Origin: Minisyncoccota bacterium
GTDB taxonomy: Bacteria; Patescibacteriota; Minisyncoccia; Minisyncoccales; RBG-13-42-11
Direction of reading: 5' to 3'
Length of the DNA stretch: 64,000 bases
Assembly: GCA_016782605.1 (NCBI GenBank)
Contig: JADHYE010000003.1
Coordinates: 6,852 to 70,851, forward strand
Position numbers and translations under genes: made by a program. The stretch's first letter is position 1. Each line of letters begins with the position of its first letter. This document shows, in pieces, positions 34,697 through 44,027 of this stretch. The notes beneath the pieces were generated by a model that had not been told where the DNA came from, did no database searches, and was given only the letters and a program-made list of their open reading frames with translations.

Positions 34697-35743
34697 ATGA
34701 TAGAATATCAGAATATGATAGAAAAATCACCGATTATTGAAATCGCAAAAAGGATCTGCCCGGCAGTCATCACCATTATCATATCCCGCGACCTTCCTAA
34801 AATAGAGGGATTTTATTTTTTCCCATACGGAGAGCAGGAATTTCTCGTGCCTAAAATGCAAAAGGGCAAAAAGGAAAAAACGAAAATCGGAGGAGGATCC
34901 GGTTTTATCGTCTCTCAAGACGGCTATGTTATTACCAGCAACCATGTTGTCGGCGAAAAAGATGCTGATTACACCGTAATTTATGAACCAAAAAAGACTT
35001 ACCCGGCTAAAGTAATTTCCAGGGATCCGATTAACGACATTGCTGTTTTAAAAATCCAGGGCAAGAACTTCCCTTGCCTTGAATTAGCTGATTCAGACAA
35101 AGTTGAGCTGGGAGAAACAGTTATTGCTGTAGGCAACGCTCTTGGCGAGTTCCACGACACTGTCAGCACCGGAGTGGTTTCCGGCCTATCCCGCTACATT
35201 GCTGCTTTTTCCGGCTTATCAAAACAAGCGGAAATGCTGAGAGGTTTAATCCAAACAGATGCAGCCATTAATCCTGGCAATTCTGGAGGACCATTGGTTA
35301 ATATTGAAGGAAAAGTAATCGGTGTTAATACAGCCACTGTCATGGGCGCCCAGAATATCGGCTTTGCCATTCCAATTAATTACGCGAAAAGAGATTTGGA
35401 AGAAGTTAAAAAATACGGAAGAATAAAAAGGCCATTTTTGGGAGTAAAATACATTATTCTCAACAAGGAAATATCAGAGAAAAATAAACTGCCTGTTGAT
35501 TACGGAGCCCTGATAACCAGGGAAACCTTGGGAGAATCAGCTATAGTGCCAGGGGGCGCAGCTGACAAAGCGGGCTTAAGAGAATTTGACATAATTCTAG
35601 AGTGCCAGAAAGAGAAAATTACCGAAGAAAACCCGCTTTCATGTATTCTACAAAAATACCAAATTAGCCAAGAGATTTCTTTAAAAGTCTTGAGAAACAA
35701 AAAAGAAATAACTGTAAAAGCTAAATTAAGAGAGAAAAAATAA
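34697..35743 (+). CDS. HtrA/DegP-type serine protease with one PDZ domain
   Basis: TSNHV (His), NDIAVLK (Asp), GNSGGPL (Ser) and a C-terminal PDZ. Confidence 0.85.
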   Translation: MIEYQNMIEKSPIIEIAKRICPAVITIIISRDLPKIEGFYFFPYGEQEFLVPKMQKGKKEKTKIGGGSGFIVSQDGYVITSNHVVGEKDADYTVIYEPKKTYPAKVISRDPINDIAVLKIQGKNFPCLELADSDKVELGETVIAVGNALGEFHDTVSTGVVSGLSRYIAAFSGLSKQAEMLRGLIQTDAAINPGNSGGPLVNIEGKVIGVNTATVMGAQNIGFAIPINYAKRDLEEVKKYGRIKRPFLGVKYIILNKEISEKNKLPVDYGALITRETLGESAIVPGGAADKAGLREFDIILECQKEKITEENPLSCILQKYQISQEISLKVLRNKKEITVKAKLREKK

Positions 35744-35763
35744 AATCTTTTTTAAAATAAAAA

Positions 35764-35791
35764 TTCCCGCTACAGATGCGGGAGTTTTTTA
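35764..35791 (+). terminator. intrinsic terminator
   Basis: TCCCGC-TACAGAT-GCGGGA followed by GTTTTTT. Confidence 0.75.
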
Positions 35792-35847
35792 TTAATAAAT
35801 GATATTATAAAAAACGAAATTTATTTGAGTAAATTAATATAAAAAAA

Positions 35848-36447
35848 CTACCACTCGAATAAGAATTCATGGTATGTATCGCCTTGATGAACACATTTTA
35901 TCTCTCGGCAGGCGACTTTACTCCTTACTATCATTTGTATTAACATTGAAAATATTCCCTCCATAACTCGACATTGAATTGGATGAAAATAGTAGTTTTC
36001 TATTCTTAAAATCCCTTTTTTTTGTTTTTTGTCGAGTTCTACTACTTTTGCATCTCCCGTTGTAAAGAATTTTCTCCACATTTTCGGAATTTCCTTTGCT
36101 GCTTTATCAAGAGAAATTAAATAGTTCATAAGAATTTTAAGAATTATTGAAACTTTAACTCTAAACTCTCCCATGCTTCGAAATTTATTATCATCATATT
36201 TAAAAATTCTTTCAATAACTACAAAGGTAATAGCAAGTAAACTTGAGGGATAATAATCTGTTGCCCTTATTTGTTGATATATTATTGGAAAACCAATCAT
36301 TTTCATTGTTTCCTCTAGTTTTTTTAAACCTTCCATTCCTTCTTCTTTTAAAACAAACTCTCCAGTATTTTTAATACTATTTCCCGTTGTTTCACCTTTA
36401 ATTTGCGCTAACTTCACTAACTCTTCTTTTGAAATTATCTGTTCCAT
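35848..36447 (-). CDS. hypothetical protein, V4R-like C-terminal Cys/His motif (paralog 1)
   Basis: 199 aa; C-terminus reads HPIQCRVMEG...ACREIKCVHQGDTYHEFLFEW. Confidence 0.4.
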   Translation of the reverse strand: MEQIISKEELVKLAQIKGETTGNSIKNTGEFVLKEEGMEGLKKLEETMKMIGFPIIYQQIRATDYYPSSLLAITFVVIERIFKYDDNKFRSMGEFRVKVSIILKILMNYLISLDKAAKEIPKMWRKFFTTGDAKVVELDKKQKKGILRIENYYFHPIQCRVMEGIFSMLIQMIVRSKVACREIKCVHQGDTYHEFLFEW

Positions 36448-36487
36448 AATAGCTAGAATCTGTTTGACAAATAAATTACTGATAAAG

Positions 36488-37090
36488 CTACCATTTTAAT
36501 AAATATTCATGATAATTATCTCCTCGAAAAGAACATTTTGTTTCTTCGCAGGTTGGCTCGGCTTTCAGTACCATTTTAAGAACGCTGGGGAAGTAACCTC
36601 TAAGAGTTTGGTGGCATTGAATCGGGTGACAAGAAAAATTCTCAAGCCTTAAAATCATGTGTTTCTTCTCTTTATCGAGCTCTATTACTTTAAGCTCTCC
36701 TACCGTATAATACTTCTTCCACATGTCTGGAACCTTTTTGGCCATCATATCGATTGAAAAGAAATATTTCAAAAATATTTTAATGATAATGGAGATTTTT
36801 GGCTGAAAACTTCCCAGTTCATAGAATTTTTTTTCATCATAATTTAAAAATTCCTTCATGGCAGCTATGGAAAGAGCCTGAAATCCTAAAGGATAAAAAT
36901 CCATCGTTGTCAATTCTCGATACTTTATCGGATAACCAACTTCTGCCAAAGCCTTCTCTACTTTCTTTAATCCTTCTTCGCCATCTTTTTTTATAATAAA
37001 ATCTGCGTAATTTTTAAGCAGAACTCCCCTTACTTCTCCCTTAAAACTCATGAATTTATCGGCTATTTCTTTTGAAAATATTTGTTCCAT
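36488..37090 (-). CDS. hypothetical protein, V4R-like C-terminal Cys/His motif (paralog 2)
   Basis: 200 aa and collinear with paralog 1; C-terminus reads HPIQCHQTLRG...TCEETKCSFRGDNYHEYLLKW. Confidence 0.4.
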   Translation of the reverse strand: MEQIFSKEIADKFMSFKGEVRGVLLKNYADFIIKKDGEEGLKKVEKALAEVGYPIKYRELTTMDFYPLGFQALSIAAMKEFLNYDEKKFYELGSFQPKISIIIKIFLKYFFSIDMMAKKVPDMWKKYYTVGELKVIELDKEKKHMILRLENFSCHPIQCHQTLRGYFPSVLKMVLKAEPTCEETKCSFRGDNYHEYLLKW

Positions 37091-37144
37091 ATTATATTTA
37101 GTATACCAGAAACCGCCTTCTTGAGAAAGCGGTTTCTGGTTTTA

Positions 37145-37204
37145 GGCAGGTCGTCTAGGGGACGATGCCTGCCCTGAGTCGCATCGAAGGGTTAGAACCT
37201 GTTT
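37145..37204. repeat. R-repeat copy C (outside the island)
   Basis: GGCAGGTCGTCTAGGGGACGATGCCTGCCCTGAGTCGCATCGAAGGGTTAGAACCTGTTTT. It is preceded by the strong hairpin CCAGAAACCGC/GCGGTTTCTGG (37106-37139). Confidence 0.8.
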
Positions 37205-37212
37205 TGGATAAC

Positions 37213-37950
37213 CTATTTTGTTAAGTATTTTTCTAAGAAATCTTTCCGAGTCATTGTGGCATGTTTTATATCTCTTTTCTCATCCTGAAAATGTTTTTCT
37301 TTTAATTCTTTTTTAACATCTTCAATCTCAAAACCAGCTCCCTCAAATAATTCAGGATTCTTGGCAACTATCCAAGAAGTTGCGGTAATTTCCTCAATAT
37401 TCGGGTCATTATTAACTATTGTAGCAAGTTTTTTCATCGCAACTTCGTATAATTTTAATCTTTCCGATGTAGAAATTGCTCTTGCTGGAAGATGATGAAG
37501 ATGTATCATCGACCCTGTTTTTCCATAAGAAACCACCCTATTTATTTCAATAAAACCGTCTTGTTCGTTAAATTCCTTTACTAATTTTTCTTCGGCTTTC
37601 TCAAGATTATTTGCGTATAATCTGACAACTGGTTTTAGCAAACTTTCTGCCTCCGAAAGAAATTCCTCTTGGCTATAATCTTCTTTTTTATATCGGTTTA
37701 ATTGATTTATTATCTCGTGCAATCTTTCTTCGGGAAAAACTTCTTTGTCCACACTTTCAAAAATTTTTTTGACAGCTTCAATTATTTCTTCAACTCTTTG
37801 GTTGTTATTTTCGTTTTTCTCGTAATTATTTTTTAAGAAACTACCCATATCCTTTTCAATTTTCTCTTGTCTTCTTTCTTTTTCATTAGTCAAATTTTCA
37901 TTTTTTGGTCCTGCACCGTAAATATTGGGTTCACCTTCTGGCGTTTTCAT
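37213..37950 (-). CDS. hypothetical protein
   Basis: 245 aa ORF with an acidic helical N-terminal half; I recognise no motif. Confidence 0.3.
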   Translation of the reverse strand: MKTPEGEPNIYGAGPKNENLTNEKERRQEKIEKDMGSFLKNNYEKNENNNQRVEEIIEAVKKIFESVDKEVFPEERLHEIINQLNRYKKEDYSQEEFLSEAESLLKPVVRLYANNLEKAEEKLVKEFNEQDGFIEINRVVSYGKTGSMIHLHHLPARAISTSERLKLYEVAMKKLATIVNNDPNIEEITATSWIVAKNPELFEGAGFEIEDVKKELKEKHFQDEKRDIKHATMTRKDFLEKYLTK

Positions 37951-38047
37951 AATTTTAAATTAGATTACTTCTAAATTACTTATCTTATTCTACCAAAAAA
38001 CCGCCTGATTGGCGATTAGTTGGTCTCCCCTGGAAAAGGAGTCGAAA

Positions 38048-38121
38048 GGTGAGCGAGGAGATTCGAACTCCCCCTAAGAGTTCCACAGACTCTTGTGCTA
38101 AACCACTACACTACGCCCACC
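38048..38121 (-). tRNA. tRNA-His(GTG) with encoded G-1
   Basis: G-1 pairs with C73; acceptor GTGGGCG/CGCTCAC, loop CTGTGGA. Confidence 0.9.
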
Positions 38122-38144
38122 ATGGTACAGTATTCTTAAATTAG

Positions 38145-38218
38145 TGTCCCCGGCAGGACTCGAACCTACAACCTAGGGGTTAGAAACCACTTGCTCTATC
38201 CGATTGAGCTACGGGGAC
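38145..38218 (-). tRNA. tRNA-Arg(TCT)
   Basis: Acceptor GTCCCCG/CGGGGAC, loop TTTCTAA. Confidence 0.85.
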
Positions 38219-38231
38219 TTGTTATTTTTAT

Positions 38232-38894
38232 TTAATAATTTAACGTTTCTATAAATCCCAATTTCCAACCTTTTATTCTTCTAAATAAATCTTTTCTATG
38301 GATAGTTATCGCACAAGTACCATTATATAATTTATTCTTTCTCACTTTCAGAGAGGTTGGTTTAATTTGAGTCTTGTGGAATTGAGAAAGTGAAATCTCT
38401 GTAACTCTAGACCAATACCTTTGTATGTTTTTCCTGCAGTGAAGTTTATGAACATGAAGACATATTTTAAATTTATTTTCTGGCACTTTACAAAATTCTC
38501 TAAACCACCACATCATGAATTTAACCATAATGGGATCAGAATTAGTAAATTTTACCACCTCTCTTTCGTCCGATTTGTCACCCTCAGCCCAATATAGCAT
38601 CAAACCAGCTAAAAATAAAGGTTTTTTAAAAAATAATTTAAATTCTTTCTCAGCTTCCTTAATAATTCTTTTGGTCCTTTCTATTCTTTTTTTCTGTCTG
38701 ACTTTGGCTCCCTTATAAGCATTTATTCTTCGTAGAGTCACATAAAGCCTCTTTTTTTGTTCGGGCCTGAGCTTAACATCCCTAAGCCATAAACTCAAAG
38801 CGCCTTTTGAGGCTTTTACTTTTTTGCGTATTTCACTATAGCTTTTCCCTAATTTTCTTAAATGAATTGCTTTAATTTTTTCGTTTATTTTCAT
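38232..38894 (-). CDS. HTH + LAGLIDADG-like homing-endonuclease-type protein
   Basis: N-terminal HTH-like KLGKSYSEIRKKVKASKGALSLWL and the single motif LFLAGLMLYWAEGDK. The gene ends 13 nt from tRNA-Arg(TCT). Confidence 0.5.
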   Translation of the reverse strand: MKINEKIKAIHLRKLGKSYSEIRKKVKASKGALSLWLRDVKLRPEQKKRLYVTLRRINAYKGAKVRQKKRIERTKRIIKEAEKEFKLFFKKPLFLAGLMLYWAEGDKSDEREVVKFTNSDPIMVKFMMWWFREFCKVPENKFKICLHVHKLHCRKNIQRYWSRVTEISLSQFHKTQIKPTSLKVRKNKLYNGTCAITIHRKDLFRRIKGWKLGFIETLNY

Positions 38895-39031
38895 AAATTA
38901 AACAAGTTAATATGTATTATTTAATATAACATCCTTGTTCAATTTTGTAAAATAAAAATCTCCTTGACTAGAAGATTCACTAAACTACGAGGGCAAGTTT
39001 TTAACGTATATATTCTACCTGAAATCAGCTT

Positions 39032-39346
39032 TTAGCCAACCTGAAAAGGATCAGAATATGTTTTAGAACCAGCTGAATTAAAGCTTTCTTCCCTTTTCTG
39101 CCATTCCTCTAAAACCTTCTGCTGCCTTTCAGTATCAAATTTCAACGGCTTTCCCGCGCTTAATTCATCGCCAGTGCTAAGAAAATAGCCGGATTGATAG
39201 TAATAAAAGATAAAGCCTCCCACAAAAGCAATAATTAGAAACAGCATTATAAAAAACAGGAAGCTGCGTTTGGCCAAGCTTTTGGGCAATTTTTTCAATG
39301 CTTCCTTTGATTTTGTTGGTTTAAACTTAAACATTTTATTTGACAA
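39032..39346 (-). CDS. small single-pass membrane protein of T4P locus 2 (C-terminal DPF motif)
   Basis: 104 aa with one TM helix, ending ...KTYSDPFQVG. Confidence 0.45.
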   Translation of the reverse strand: MSNKMFKFKPTKSKEALKKLPKSLAKRSFLFFIMLFLIIAFVGGFIFYYYQSGYFLSTGDELSAGKPLKFDTERQQKVLEEWQKREESFNSAGSKTYSDPFQVG

Positions 39347-39875
39347 ATACTTTTATGCCAAAACTGGCCTTGATATTGGTTAATCCTCCTTCTTCTTGAG
39401 CGCCTACTCTGCTGATATTCATATTCTGCACGTCAATAAGATAAGGGCTGTTTTCCAATTTTTCCAAGAGTTTTAAGAAGTTAAAGAAAGAGCCGCTGGA
39501 AACCAGCTGGAAAATGGAATAAGGCCATACGTCTTTTTCTGTATTTTTTTCGAAACTAGGCAGAATTTCTGTATTAAGCTGGCATTCCTGGGAAACGTCT
39601 TCCAGAAAATTGATAAACTCTAAAGGAACTTCCGAATCAATGAATAATTTGCCAACCTCTTCCATGAATTGATGGGACGGTTCCATTGAAGGCTCGTTTT
39701 CCTTAAGGCTTATGCTTTCCACTTCCAAAAGCGCCATTTTTTGCTTTTGCACAACCACTTCTTTGGAATTGTTTCCGATTGCCTGAAAAAGAGGAACAGT
39801 GGCAAAAACAATTATTGAAATGATCAAAAGTGAAAAAAATATTAAAGTGATATTAATTCTCTTAGCTATTGTCAT
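39336..39875 (-). CDS. pilO: PilO-like T4P assembly protein
   Basis: 179 aa with an N-terminal TM, positioned after pilN. Confidence 0.55.
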   Translation of the reverse strand: MTIAKRINITLIFFSLLIISIIVFATVPLFQAIGNNSKEVVVQKQKMALLEVESISLKENEPSMEPSHQFMEEVGKLFIDSEVPLEFINFLEDVSQECQLNTEILPSFEKNTEKDVWPYSIFQLVSSGSFFNFLKLLEKLENSPYLIDVQNMNISRVGAQEEGGLTNIKASFGIKVFVK

Positions 39876-40416
39876 TTATTTTGAAAGTTACCGTGAAATT
39901 AATATCAATTGGCTTTAACCAAGTGGCTGGCGGAAAAGAAACCTCATTGAAACTCTCTTCTTTCTCAAGGTTTTCTTTAAAAACAAGCAACATTTCCCTG
40001 GCCGGAGAAAATCCCTTGAGTTCGCATTGCATTATTTTATCTTTATCATTCCCCAAAGTAATGGCTAAATTTGTCAGGTAAATGCCTTCTGGAATTGTCT
40101 GTAAAATTTCCTCAATGGTTTCGGTCGGAGTAAGCTGATTATGATAGAAATTATCCAGCTGAAGAACAGCTTTATTAAATCCGATTATCTCTGTTTTTAA
40201 ATCCAGCATTTGGGAGGATTCGAATTCTTTTGCCTTTTGTTCGTATAAAATCTTTTCCAGACCAACGTCTCCGGCAATAGAAATGTTTATCGCATAAAGA
40301 ATAAGAATAAAGCAAACGAGAACTGCCAAAACACTGATAGCCAAAGTCATCAGAATCTTCCAGTTTTCTTCCTGATTTATTTCTTGTTTTTTGGGGGGCG
40401 GTAAAAGATTAATCAT
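39862..40416 (-). CDS. pilN: PilN-like T4P assembly protein
   Basis: N-terminal MINLLPPP motif plus a TM helix. Confidence 0.7.
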   Translation of the reverse strand: MINLLPPPKKQEINQEENWKILMTLAISVLAVLVCFILILYAINISIAGDVGLEKILYEQKAKEFESSQMLDLKTEIIGFNKAVLQLDNFYHNQLTPTETIEEILQTIPEGIYLTNLAITLGNDKDKIMQCELKGFSPAREMLLVFKENLEKEESFNEVSFPPATWLKPIDINFTVTFKINDNS

Positions 40417-41518
40417 TTTCTTTGATTCCCCTTAATGCTAATCCCAGAACAGTGGTATAGCTCAACGATTCTTCTTTTTCATAAATCAAAGCCTTCTCTT
40501 TGGGCTGGCTGGCCGAAGGCAGAATGTTCGTCCAGGGATTGCCTATTTTCACCGCAATTTTAAGCTGTGAAGAAAGAAAATCAGTCAGCCCTTTCAGCTT
40601 GGCTCCGCCTCCGCAAACCAGAATAATTTCTTCTTTTATCGCGTCAGGCGGCAAGTGTTCGTGCTGGGGCCGAGTACGATAATAATCAAGATATTTTTTA
40701 ATTTGTTCTATTAAATCGGTCAAAGGCGGAATTAAAGCGTTAAAGACTTCTTCTCCTGTTTTATCTGCTTTACCTTCCAAACCGTATTGCTTTTTCAAGT
40801 TTTCAGCCTTAACCAAATCAATTTGCATGGAACGGGCTATAGCTTCAGTAAGCTCTTGTGAAGAAACGGGCAGAAAAAACGTAAACTTTACAGAATTGCC
40901 GGAAAATATGATAAGGTTTGTCTTACTCAAGCCAAAATCAAGCATAAAAACAGGATGAGTAGAAACCTCTTTTTCTATTAAAGCGCGGGTAATAGCCAGA
41001 GATTCTAGCTCTAAAGCAACTGGCCTAATATTGGCTTTTTTAAGGCAGCTGACGTAGGAATCGATTATCTTCCGTGGAAAGCCAACAATTAAGACATCAA
41101 GATGGTCCAAGTGATCGTATAAAGGAGCAATAGCCTGGTAATCAAAATAAACTTCTTCCATGGGCAAGGGTATGTGATTCTCAGCTTCAAGAACTATCGC
41201 TGACCTCAAATCTTCTCCTGAAAGCTTGGGCATTTGGATTATCCTCAAAAAAGATTTCTCTTCCGGCAGAGAAATTATAGCATCTTTTGTCTGCAGTTTT
41301 TCACCTTGGACGTCTCTTACTGACTTTTTAATTGCTTCTGCCAATTTATCTTCGTCTCTAATTTCTCCCTTTCTGACTATGCCAGCTTCCAAGGGCATCT
41401 CTTTAAAGGAAGATACGCTAAAAAACTGGCCCTGCTTCCTAAGCTTGGCGATTTTCAAGGAGAAATCAGAAATATCCAGTCCAAAGGCTTTTTGTTTTAA
41501 ATTAAGAAAATCAAACAT
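40409..41518 (-). CDS. pilM: T4P assembly protein PilM
   Basis: 369 aa actin-like fold with GLDISDFSLKIA, LDFGLSKTN and VCGGGAKLKGL. Confidence 0.8.
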   Translation of the reverse strand: MFDFLNLKQKAFGLDISDFSLKIAKLRKQGQFFSVSSFKEMPLEAGIVRKGEIRDEDKLAEAIKKSVRDVQGEKLQTKDAIISLPEEKSFLRIIQMPKLSGEDLRSAIVLEAENHIPLPMEEVYFDYQAIAPLYDHLDHLDVLIVGFPRKIIDSYVSCLKKANIRPVALELESLAITRALIEKEVSTHPVFMLDFGLSKTNLIIFSGNSVKFTFFLPVSSQELTEAIARSMQIDLVKAENLKKQYGLEGKADKTGEEVFNALIPPLTDLIEQIKKYLDYYRTRPQHEHLPPDAIKEEIILVCGGGAKLKGLTDFLSSQLKIAVKIGNPWTNILPSASQPKEKALIYEKEESLSYTTVLGLALRGIKEND

Positions 41519-41533
41519 TATATTGATATTTTA

Positions 41534-42940
41534 TTACATTTCCTCCCAGCCGACAATTCTGAAGTCAGAACCAGTATAGGGAACAAAGAGCGGAGGGCTG
41601 TAAATTACGTTTAAGTCAACTTTGTGTTCGTAAACTTTGAAGCCTGATATTATTGATCCTCCGGAAGCCCAATTAATCCTGATTCTATTGCTGCTGACTA
41701 TTGAACCTGTTATCTTCAGCTTATTCTTAAGATTTGAAGGATAATGGTTTATGCCGAATCTTCCCTTTTGGGCAACGAAAATGCCGAACATCTCCATTTG
41801 GCTAGGGGCATTAGGAGCGATCAGAATGTTTTTTTCGGTGATTAACGCTAACCCGCAAGAGCCGCTCTCATTATCATAATAAATATCGCCTGGCAAAATA
41901 ATACTCGTATCTTTACTCGGACTAATCAGGTCTGCTGAAGCAATTGTTACTTTTCCGTTTATCTCCCCGCTTACCCAAAGATTATCCTCAACAAAAATAA
42001 GGCCGCAATCAGGGTCTGTGAAAATCGTACCGCCGTAACGATACTCCCCGCTGATGATGAAAGAGTCGTAATGCCAACCTTCTTCTGCACTGTAAGAATA
42101 AGTTGAAGTTAAATCGGTAATAATCCATATTTCAAACCCGCCGGTTGTCAAAAACTTAAGATGGTATCCCAAGCCAATAGGATCAACCTCTGTTACCGGC
42201 GGCCAGTAATGCTGCAAGGGATGGCTGATGGTAATGTCTTTTATCGCTCTTAAATCTATGGTAATTGCATCGAAATTAAAATACTCGATAGGAAAAGAAA
42301 ACAAATCAGGATTAGATTCCTTGGTGGTGGTAAAAATCCCCGGGCAGCGGCAAGATGAGCCCTCCCGAGAACAATCAGTAGGACAGCTTAAATAATCGCA
42401 CCCGTAAGAAGCAGTGCAAAGCCAGGAACTGGTAGCTGAAAGAACCGAAGATTTGTTTTCTCCATCCATTCTTATGCCGGCATTGGAACGATATACTCCT
42501 TTCACCTGCGTGCCTGATTCCACCCAAACATTGGTGTTGGTCAAATAGGAAAATCCGGTTATGGAAGATCTGGAATAAAACATGCTTATCTTTCTCTGGG
42601 TGTCAGGGAACTTGTTAGTCCGGCCAGTGGAAAATATTCTCCTGGAAACCATTTCTCCGCAAGCATAATTGGTGAAATCTTCAAGAAAAAATTCTCCCAA
42701 TGGATTACCCTCAATATCAAAATGCTCCTTTTCAAGCTGGCAGTTATCTTCAACCGCGTTATTCAAACACCACCTGTAATAATGAAGGCCGGCTTCAGCA
42801 GTATGTAAAGCCTGATTCCAGGCCAATCTCTGATTAGCTTGTTTTAACTGCAGCAAAACAACTCCGACAATGCTGGCAAGCAATATGGTGAATATGGCTC
42901 CGAAAACCAAAGCGTATGTAGTGATTATTCCTTTTGGCAT
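41534..42940 (-). CDS. large Cys-rich pilus-associated protein with PilX-like N-terminus
   Basis: N-terminal TM plus ...NQALHTAEAGLHYY. 468 aa with many Cys in the central part. Confidence 0.5.
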   Translation of the reverse strand: MPKGIITTYALVFGAIFTILLASIVGVVLLQLKQANQRLAWNQALHTAEAGLHYYRWCLNNAVEDNCQLEKEHFDIEGNPLGEFFLEDFTNYACGEMVSRRIFSTGRTNKFPDTQRKISMFYSRSSITGFSYLTNTNVWVESGTQVKGVYRSNAGIRMDGENKSSVLSATSSWLCTASYGCDYLSCPTDCSREGSSCRCPGIFTTTKESNPDLFSFPIEYFNFDAITIDLRAIKDITISHPLQHYWPPVTEVDPIGLGYHLKFLTTGGFEIWIITDLTSTYSYSAEEGWHYDSFIISGEYRYGGTIFTDPDCGLIFVEDNLWVSGEINGKVTIASADLISPSKDTSIILPGDIYYDNESGSCGLALITEKNILIAPNAPSQMEMFGIFVAQKGRFGINHYPSNLKNKLKITGSIVSSNRIRINWASGGSIISGFKVYEHKVDLNVIYSPPLFVPYTGSDFRIVGWEEM

Positions 42941-42941
42941 A

Positions 42942-43541
42942 TTACTCTTCTTTTAAATTTCTTATCTGGGCTGAAGACAATAATTCAAAATTCTGAGAGG
43001 GATTGTCCGGATCAGCATTGATGGCTAAATAAACCTGGATCAGCCTTGTATTAAGGATGCGGCTGCTAAGTTCTGCTATCTCCTGATTATTGCTGTCAAA
43101 ATATCTGAAAACAGGCAGGTCGTTACAAACAAAAGAGCTTAAATTTTCAATCTGTTCCTGATCCAAGGGATAGCTGATTACTCCTTCGTTATTGAAGGGT
43201 TCTGTCACCCCTTTTTTAAAACTGTTGATCGTTTCTCCGGCCTGCCAAAAATATCTGACCTTTTCAATACTGCTGTCTTTATCGATATCTGAATAGATTA
43301 TTAATTCTCCGTCATCAACCTTCCCAAGAAGATAAGAACCGTCTTCTCCAGATCTGGCCTTTCTGATTTCCTGAACCATTGTTTCAATAGCTTTCCTTGC
43401 TTCGTTGGTAGTTGAAGACTTTTGCCAAGTTTGTCCGTATGTCCTATAGGTCATAACAATCAAGCCGACAACAAGGCCCATAGCCAAAGCAAAAACAGCG
43501 ATAGTGGCCATGGTTTCAATGAGAGTAAATCCTTTTTTCAT
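42942..43541 (-). CDS. prepilin-type N-terminal cleavage/methylation-domain protein (minor pilin)
   Basis: MKKGFTLIETMATIAVFALAMG. Confidence 0.8.
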   Translation of the reverse strand: MKKGFTLIETMATIAVFALAMGLVVGLIVMTYRTYGQTWQKSSTTNEARKAIETMVQEIRKARSGEDGSYLLGKVDDGELIIYSDIDKDSSIEKVRYFWQAGETINSFKKGVTEPFNNEGVISYPLDQEQIENLSSFVCNDLPVFRYFDSNNQEIAELSSRILNTRLIQVYLAINADPDNPSQNFELLSSAQIRNLKEE

Positions 43542-43547
43542 AAAAAT

Positions 43548-44027
43548 TTATGGCTGAGCCTGACAGGAAGCAAGTTCTTCGTCTTTGCTTTGCGGAGATA
43601 TATCAGTGACCATTTTTATCTCTCCGGGAAACCGACCCTGCCAAGAGACTCTAATATCAACCCGTTTGTAATCCAAATTGCAGCTGTCTGCGCCCCCGGT
43701 TCCGTCAGCTTCGTCTGAAATATATTCAATCTTCCTTTCGATAAAATAATCAACGTTATTCAAAATAACGGTACTCGTCGAAGATAAAATACCGACAGCT
43801 GTCGGCAAAGCGCCATTAATAATACCAACCGAGGGATAAACAAGATTCCTTATCTTTTCTATTTCTTCGTTAGCAACTGAGGCAGCAGTAATTTTGTTCT
43901 TTGATAGGACGATTATTTTCGAGGCCAACTGAAAAACGCCGAAAATGCTAATAAAAATAATCAGCAGCAAACTGACGCCAATCAAAACATCAACGAATGT
44001 AAAAGCTTTTGAATTCTGATTTTTCAT
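43548..44027 (-). CDS. prepilin-type N-terminal domain protein (minor pilin)
   Basis: ...NSKAFTFVDVLIGVSLLLIIF. Confidence 0.7.
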   Translation of the reverse strand: MKNQNSKAFTFVDVLIGVSLLLIIFISIFGVFQLASKIIVLSKNKITAASVANEEIEKIRNLVYPSVGIINGALPTAVGILSSTSTVILNNVDYFIERKIEYISDEADGTGGADSCNLDYKRVDIRVSWQGRFPGEIKMVTDISPQSKDEELASCQAQP

